A stretch of DNA of 64,000 nucleotides from Paracoccaceae bacterium (GTDB taxonomy: Bacteria > Pseudomonadota > Alphaproteobacteria > Rhodobacterales > Rhodobacteraceae), in contig CACPHA010000001.1 in the NCBI GenBank assembly GCA_902633655.1, positions 1,263 through 65,262 on the forward strand, given 5' to 3'. A model generated the notes under the pieces. The model had not been told where the DNA came from, did not search any database, and saw only the letters and a list, made by a program, of their open reading frames with translations. Below are positions 59,442-64,000 of the stretch, one piece after another. A program made the translations under genes and the position numbers. The first letter of the stretch is position 1. Each line of letters starts with the position of its first letter.

Positions 59442-62400
59442 ATGTCAAACGAGATGTGGCTCGATGGAGGCCGACCCCAAACGCTAGAAGACGCCAATGC
59501 TGAAATATTGCGCTTGCAGGATGAGCTTGCAGCTCGCGAGATCGATGACACTTCGCGAGAACCCATCGCCATAATCGGTATGGGGTGTCGCTACCCCGGT
59601 GGTGTGCGCAATCCGAACGAATTCTGGAATCTCTTAAGCTCCGGACAGGATATCTTGAGTGATATTCCTGGGACTCGTTGGAATGTCGATGAGTACTACG
59701 ATCCTGAAATAACTGTTCCAGGAAAAGTGTATGTCAGGCAAGGTTATTTCTTGGACGATATAGACAAGTTTGACCCACAATTTTTTGGCCTGTCGCCCCG
59801 AGAAGCAGAAAGCCTTGATCCACAGCAACGCCTGGTAATGGAAGTCAGTTGGGAGACGTTGGAACATGCGGGTATCCCCCCCACCTCACTAAAAGGCGAG
59901 AAAACTGGGGTTTTCATCGGTCAATACTGGGATGATTACTCTTCACAGCGGATTTATTCCGCCGATAATCGAGAGATTGACCGCTACGCCCAACTTAGCG
60001 CTCTGCGAGGCCTTACAGCTGGCCGGATCTGTCATGTTCTAGACTCTCGCGGCCCAGCAATTCAGTTGGATACAGCCTGTTCTTCTTCATCTCTTGCCGT
60101 ACATCTCGCATGTCAGTCCTTGCGAAATGGTGAAAGCAATCTGGCCTTAGCAGGCGGCGTGAGCTTAGTACTCGCTCCTGAGCATTTGATTGGCATCTGT
60201 CAAATGACCGCTCTGTCTCCCGATGGGCGGTGCAAGACCTTTGATTCCAGCGCTAATGGCTTCGGGCAGGGTGAAGGCTGTGGTATAATCGCGTTAAAGC
60301 GCCTAAGCGATGCACAGTCTAATGGGGACACAGTTCTTGCCATAGTTCAAGGCTCTGCGGCCAATCACGATGGCCAGGCCCGCACGGTTACAACGCCAAG
60401 TGGGCCAGCCCAGCGTGCAATGCTACGAGATGCACTTGCTGATGCAGGCCTGAAAGCGGATCAGATCGATTTTGTTGAAACTCATGGCACCGGCACACCA
60501 CTTGGCGATCCTATTGAGGTAAGCGCAATCGCGCGGGTACTTTGCCAAGATCGAACCAAGCCTCTTTATTTGGGAGCGGTGAAGGCCAATGTTGGGCACC
60601 TTGATTCGGCCGCTGGGATCGCGGGACTTATGAAAGTTGTTTTGTCTCTTCAACATGAAACAATTCCACTGCATATAAATTTTTCAGAGCCTAACCGACA
60701 TATTCCATGGGACGAGTGGCCAATAAAAATTCCCATGAAAAATACAGCATGGCAGGGCAAAGAACGCTTTGCAGGGATCAGCGCATTTGGGATGAGTGGA
60801 ACTAATGTGCATTTAATTATTGGGCAGGCACCCGAACCGGTAAAACGGAGCCAGCAGCAATCTGTAGATAACTTTTCAGAACAAATATTGACGCTATCTG
60901 CCAAGGCCCCAGGAGCTTTGTCTGAATTAGCCAAACGCTTCTCCCAATTTTTGGATCACGAAGACTCCGGTAAGGAAGTTAATCTTTCTCAGCTCTGTTT
61001 TTCAGCGGCGACTAGTCGGTCCCATTTTCCACACCGTGCGGCGTTTCTGGCCAGAAACCAATTGGACCTTTCGCAAGCTGTGAATGAGTTTGCGGCTGGT
61101 AACTCCAGCGTTAGCGCAGCAAGCGGAGTTGCTGAGCGACGCTCGCCCAAATTGGCATTCCTATTCACCGGTCAGGGGGCCCAATATGTCGGAATGGGTA
61201 AGGAGCTATACGAGAGATACCCAGTTTTTCGCGCAACCATGGATCAATGCGCTAAGCTCTTGGAACCGCATCTTGACTTACCTCTACTTGAGGTCATGTG
61301 GACAGGTGAGGCCTTGCATCAAACGGCCTATACGCAATCTGCCCTTTTTGCGATTGAATATTCTCTTACTAAACTCTTCGAGGAATGGGGTATCTTACCT
61401 GATTTGCTTTTAGGTCACAGTATCGGCGAATACGCGGCCGCTTGCGTCGCCGGGGTCTTCCCGCTTGAGGAAGCGCTTCGCTTAGTAGCTGCGCGGGGGC
61501 GTTTAATGCAATCCTTGCCTCCAGGTGGAATGATGGTGAGTGTTGCCGCAGATGAAACCACGGTTCTTAGTGCTATTGCTGATGATCCTCTCGTTTCAAT
61601 TGCCGCTGTTAACGCACCACAAAGTACTGTTTTCTCAGGTGATGGATCTAGGCTGGCTGCAATTGTTGCACGTTTGGAAAGTCAGAGGGTCAAAACAACT
61701 ACGCTGAAGGTTAGCCATGCGTTCCATTCACCCATGATGGATCCGATACTTGACCAATTCCGGGAAGTTGCGGAAAGCGTGTGTTTTACGGCACCAAAAA
61801 AGACTTTGATCTCTAATGTTACAGGCAAACCGTGGGATGATACAGAAATTTCGGCGGACTACTGGGTAGACCACCTACGCGGTGCAGTCAGGTTTTCCGA
61901 TGGTATTACTTTCGCGCAATCGCAGAAGTTTCAAACTTTTTTGGAAATTGGCCCAAAGCCCACACTCCTCAGCTTGGGTCGAGCAAGCGTTTCACCTAAA
62001 TTTGGGACATGGCTTCCAAGTATTAAACCAGCCGTTGAGAGCTCGACTCTGTTAAACAGCCTTGCGCAGCTTTATGTATGCGGGGTTAATATAAATTGGA
62101 AAGGTTTTTATGATCAGTCCAATTTGCAACGTATACATCTACCAAATTATCCATGGCGCTATCAACGCTGTTGGACGGACTTTGTTTCCACCAGAGGTAA
62201 CGGGCAAAGGCTTCATCCATTGGTCCATCGGCGAATACAGAACGCCAGCAAAAGCGCTATATTCGAGTCGAACTTAAGCACCTCAAGTCCTGCCTATCTG
62301 GACGATCATAGGGTCTTTGGCAATGTCGTTTTCCCCGCCAGTGCGTTTTTTGAAATGGCGATGGTCGTTGCACGTTCAATTTTTGGGCAAGATGAAGTTG

Positions 62401-64000
62401 CGTTGACCAATGTCACGATCAGACACGCCTTGTTACTATCAGACGTTGCGACTACGGTGCAGATGATAGCCACACCAAACGGTGATCGTTTCGATTTCGA
62501 GATCTGTAGCCTATGCACCAAAGAGACCAGTGTTGAATGGCTTCAGCACACGACTGGAACACTTGAACGCAGACTACCCAGCCCGGCAGCTTCAATCGAT
62601 ATCGAAAAAGAATTAGCACACTTTATACAGCCGGTTGACACCGAAGAGCTCTCCGCTCGATTTGAGGCACGCGGTCTGGAATATTTTCCACGCTTCCGTG
62701 CAATCGAAGCTATCTTTAAGCCGGCCGGTGCATTGGATGATGATTTCGGAACTGCGTTAGCTCGCATTGAACTTCCAAAAGAAGCTGTTTTGCCTGGCGA
62801 TAGTTATCGCCTGCATCCAGTAATTACGGATGCAAGTTTCCGAATTGCAGAGGCTATTTTTCGAGATAAAGACGCCGAGCAGATCTACTTACCGTTTGGT
62901 ATATCGGGTTTCAGCTGCGACCACGCAGCTAGCGGAACGGTCTGGGTCAAAGCAACGGCACGCCAGCAAGATCGAACACGCGTTGTGGACCTGGAACTAT
63001 TTGACGAGACCGGCGAACGGGTTGCCTTCGTTGAACAACTTACTCTGCGCTCAGTTCCGATTTTTAGTCTAAAGCGCACCATTTCCAAACCACTCGCAAC
63101 AAAGGATGTCCTGAACGATTGGCTATATCAGCTGGTGTGGGAAAATAAACAATCGAAAGAAGTCACTGCTGCTGCAAACCCAGGTACATGGCTGTTGTTG
63201 GCAGACAATAGCGGCATTACATCTTCAGTCCTTGCTATAATGAAAGAGGCAGGTCAAAAAGTACAAGTTGCTAAATCGACAGACACCGCCTGCGAATTTT
63301 TAAGTTCTAAAAAAGCTCAAAACCTTAGTGGCATCCTTCACCTTTGGGCAATAAACAGCAGCGAAAAAAGCCCGAATGCCTCACTTTTGGCTAGCCTAAA
63401 AGTTGTCCAAAGGCTAAGTAAAGTTAACGGGACCGGGAAGCACTGGTTTGTTACAAAAGGCTCGCAAGCAATTGATTCCAGCGATTTGGTTTCGCCCTGG
63501 CAAAGCCAATTTTGGGGCTTTGGACGGACGCTTCAAGTCGAGCAGCCAGAAATTTTAGGCGGATGTATTGACCTAGATCCCGCTTCGAGTGACATCCAAA
63601 AAGATCTTAACTTGCTTGTGTCAGAACTTTTCAACCCTGAACGTGAAACTGAGGTAGCCTTTCGTCAAGGAATCCGTTGGGTGGCGAGGCTAACCAAAGC
63701 TGGCGTAGTCGAGGGTATGCGCGACCCTCTGACACTTGATTCTAACGCATCTTATTTAATCACGGGCGGAGTTGGCGCACTTGGATTACAGGTTGCACAA
63801 TATCTGGCATCTCAAGGCGCCTGTCACCTAGTACTAACTGGACGCAGTGGTGTTTCAACCGATGACCAACGCACATCACTTCAAGCTCTGCAGGATGCGG
63901 GTGTCAAAGTTGAAATTGTTGCTGCCGATATCAGTGATGAAAAGGATGTCAAAAAGGTACTTGCAACGGCACCACATCTCCGTGGGATCGTACATGCAGC
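59442..64000 (+). CDS. Modular type I polyketide synthase, N-terminal 1519 codons (docking-like helix, KS, AT, DH, start of KR); continues beyond window end
   Basis: Open-ended, so absent from the ORF track. Hand translation from ATG 59442 (MSNEMWLDGG...) has no stop to position 64000. The frame was spot-checked at 60060 and 61080. Confidence 0.9.
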   Translation, partial: MSNEMWLDGGRPQTLEDANAEILRLQDELAAREIDDTSREPIAIIGMGCRYPGGVRNPNEFWNLLSSGQDILSDIPGTRWNVDEYYDPEITVPGKVYVRQGYFLDDIDKFDPQFFGLSPREAESLDPQQRLVMEVSWETLEHAGIPPTSLKGEKTGVFIGQYWDDYSSQRIYSADNREIDRYAQLSALRGLTAGRICHVLDSRGPAIQLDTACSSSSLAVHLACQSLRNGESNLALAGGVSLVLAPEHLIGICQMTALSPDGRCKTFDSSANGFGQGEGCGIIALKRLSDAQSNGDTVLAIVQGSAANHDGQARTVTTPSGPAQRAMLRDALADAGLKADQIDFVETHGTGTPLGDPIEVSAIARVLCQDRTKPLYLGAVKANVGHLDSAAGIAGLMKVVLSLQHETIPLHINFSEPNRHIPWDEWPIKIPMKNTAWQGKERFAGISAFGMSGTNVHLIIGQAPEPVKRSQQQSVDNFSEQILTLSAKAPGALSELAKRFSQFLDHEDSGKEVNLSQLCFSAATSRSHFPHRAAFLARNQLDLSQAVNEFAAGNSSVSAASGVAERRSPKLAFLFTGQGAQYVGMGKELYERYPVFRATMDQCAKLLEPHLDLPLLEVMWTGEALHQTAYTQSALFAIEYSLTKLFEEWGILPDLLLGHSIGEYAAACVAGVFPLEEALRLVAARGRLMQSLPPGGMMVSVAADETTVLSAIADDPLVSIAAVNAPQSTVFSGDGSRLAAIVARLESQRVKTTTLKVSHAFHSPMMDPILDQFREVAESVCFTAPKKTLISNVTGKPWDDTEISADYWVDHLRGAVRFSDGITFAQSQKFQTFLEIGPKPTLLSLGRASVSPKFGTWLPSIKPAVESSTLLNSLAQLYVCGVNINWKGFYDQSNLQRIHLPNYPWRYQRCWTDFVSTRGNGQRLHPLVHRRIQNASKSAIFESNLSTSSPAYLDDHRVFGNVVFPASAFFEMAMVVARSIFGQDEVALTNVTIRHALLLSDVATTVQMIATPNGDRFDFEICSLCTKETSVEWLQHTTGTLERRLPSPAASIDIEKELAHFIQPVDTEELSARFEARGLEYFPRFRAIEAIFKPAGALDDDFGTALARIELPKEAVLPGDSYRLHPVITDASFRIAEAIFRDKDAEQIYLPFGISGFSCDHAASGTVWVKATARQQDRTRVVDLELFDETGERVAFVEQLTLRSVPIFSLKRTISKPLATKDVLNDWLYQLVWENKQSKEVTAAANPGTWLLLADNSGITSSVLAIMKEAGQKVQVAKSTDTACEFLSSKKAQNLSGILHLWAINSSEKSPNASLLASLKVVQRLSKVNGTGKHWFVTKGSQAIDSSDLVSPWQSQFWGFGRTLQVEQPEILGGCIDLDPASSDIQKDLNLLVSELFNPERETEVAFRQGIRWVARLTKAGVVEGMRDPLTLDSNASYLITGGVGALGLQVAQYLASQGACHLVLTGRSGVSTDDQRTSLQALQDAGVKVEIVAADISDEKDVKKVLATAPHLRGIVHA
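59559..60827 (+). other. PKS ketosynthase domain
   Basis: EPIAIIGMGCRYPG. Active-site DTACSSS (Cys codon 60078..60080), ETHGTGT, NVGHL, and GMSGTNVHLII at the end. Confidence 0.85.
61149..62081 (+). other. PKS acyltransferase domain (malonyl-type signature)
   Basis: FLFTGQGAQY, GHSIGE (Ser codon 61419..61421), and HAFH at 61716..61727. Confidence 0.8.
62208..63056 (+). other. PKS dehydratase domain
   Basis: HPLVHRR..., HRVFGNVVFP (HxxxGxxxxP, His codon 62307..62309), GLEYFPRF, HPVITDASFR and LPFGI. Confidence 0.75.
63114..64000 (+). other. PKS ketoreductase region (structural subdomain plus start of the catalytic Rossmann fold; truncated)
   Basis: WLYQLVWE marks entry into the KR region. 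YLITGGVGALGLQVAQYL lies at 63762 onward. No ER-like domain sits between DH and KR. Confidence 0.7.

Overview
This looks like a chromosomal segment from an alphaproteobacterium. The evidence is MipZ, an RpoE-ChrR sigma/anti-sigma pair and a stand-alone NDUFS4-like protein. GC is mid-40s % by eye and was not computed. I call about 54 protein genes, one tRNA-Gln and one frameshifted gene. I saw no rRNA, CRISPR array, transposase, integrase or phage genes.

Layout:
- 1-4.6 kb: 5' part of a Cys-type formate dehydrogenase alpha subunit, a histidine phosphatase, and a saccharopine-pathway pair (LYS1-like and LYS9-like).
- 4.6-10 kb: rpoE-chrR, divergent from a four-gene translationally coupled operon (FAD oxidoreductase, DUF1365, MFS, SDR).
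- 10-22 kb: housekeeping and miscellaneous genes (IMPase, pmbA, SDRs, crotonase, flavoprotein, GST, mutL, rmuC, mipZ).
- 22-31 kb: aromatic catabolism (marR, hmgA, fahA, MBL-fold protein, FAD monooxygenase plus a 61-aa protein, maiA, HpcH aldolase, pobA).
- 31-41 kb: TPP enzyme plus BKACE, NDUFS4-like protein, uvrB, cysK-like gene, and a peptide-type ABC importer with no binding protein.
- 41.5 kb: tRNA-Gln(UUG).
- 41.6-57.4 kb: accessory-looking block (frameshifted class V aminotransferase, Baeyer-Villiger monooxygenase, pepT, dimethylformamidase-large-subunit-like protein, Liv-type ABC importer, ALDH, SDR, flotillin).
- 57.6-64 kb: ACP, aryl-CoA-ligase-like adenylating enzyme, and a modular type I PKS (KS-AT-DH-KR...) that runs off the window edge.

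The ORF track uses longest ORFs with ATG, GTG or TTG starts and omits open-ended ORFs. Because of that I re-derived several starts and translated the two edge genes by hand. All family assignments come from motif reading and memory, not from database searches.
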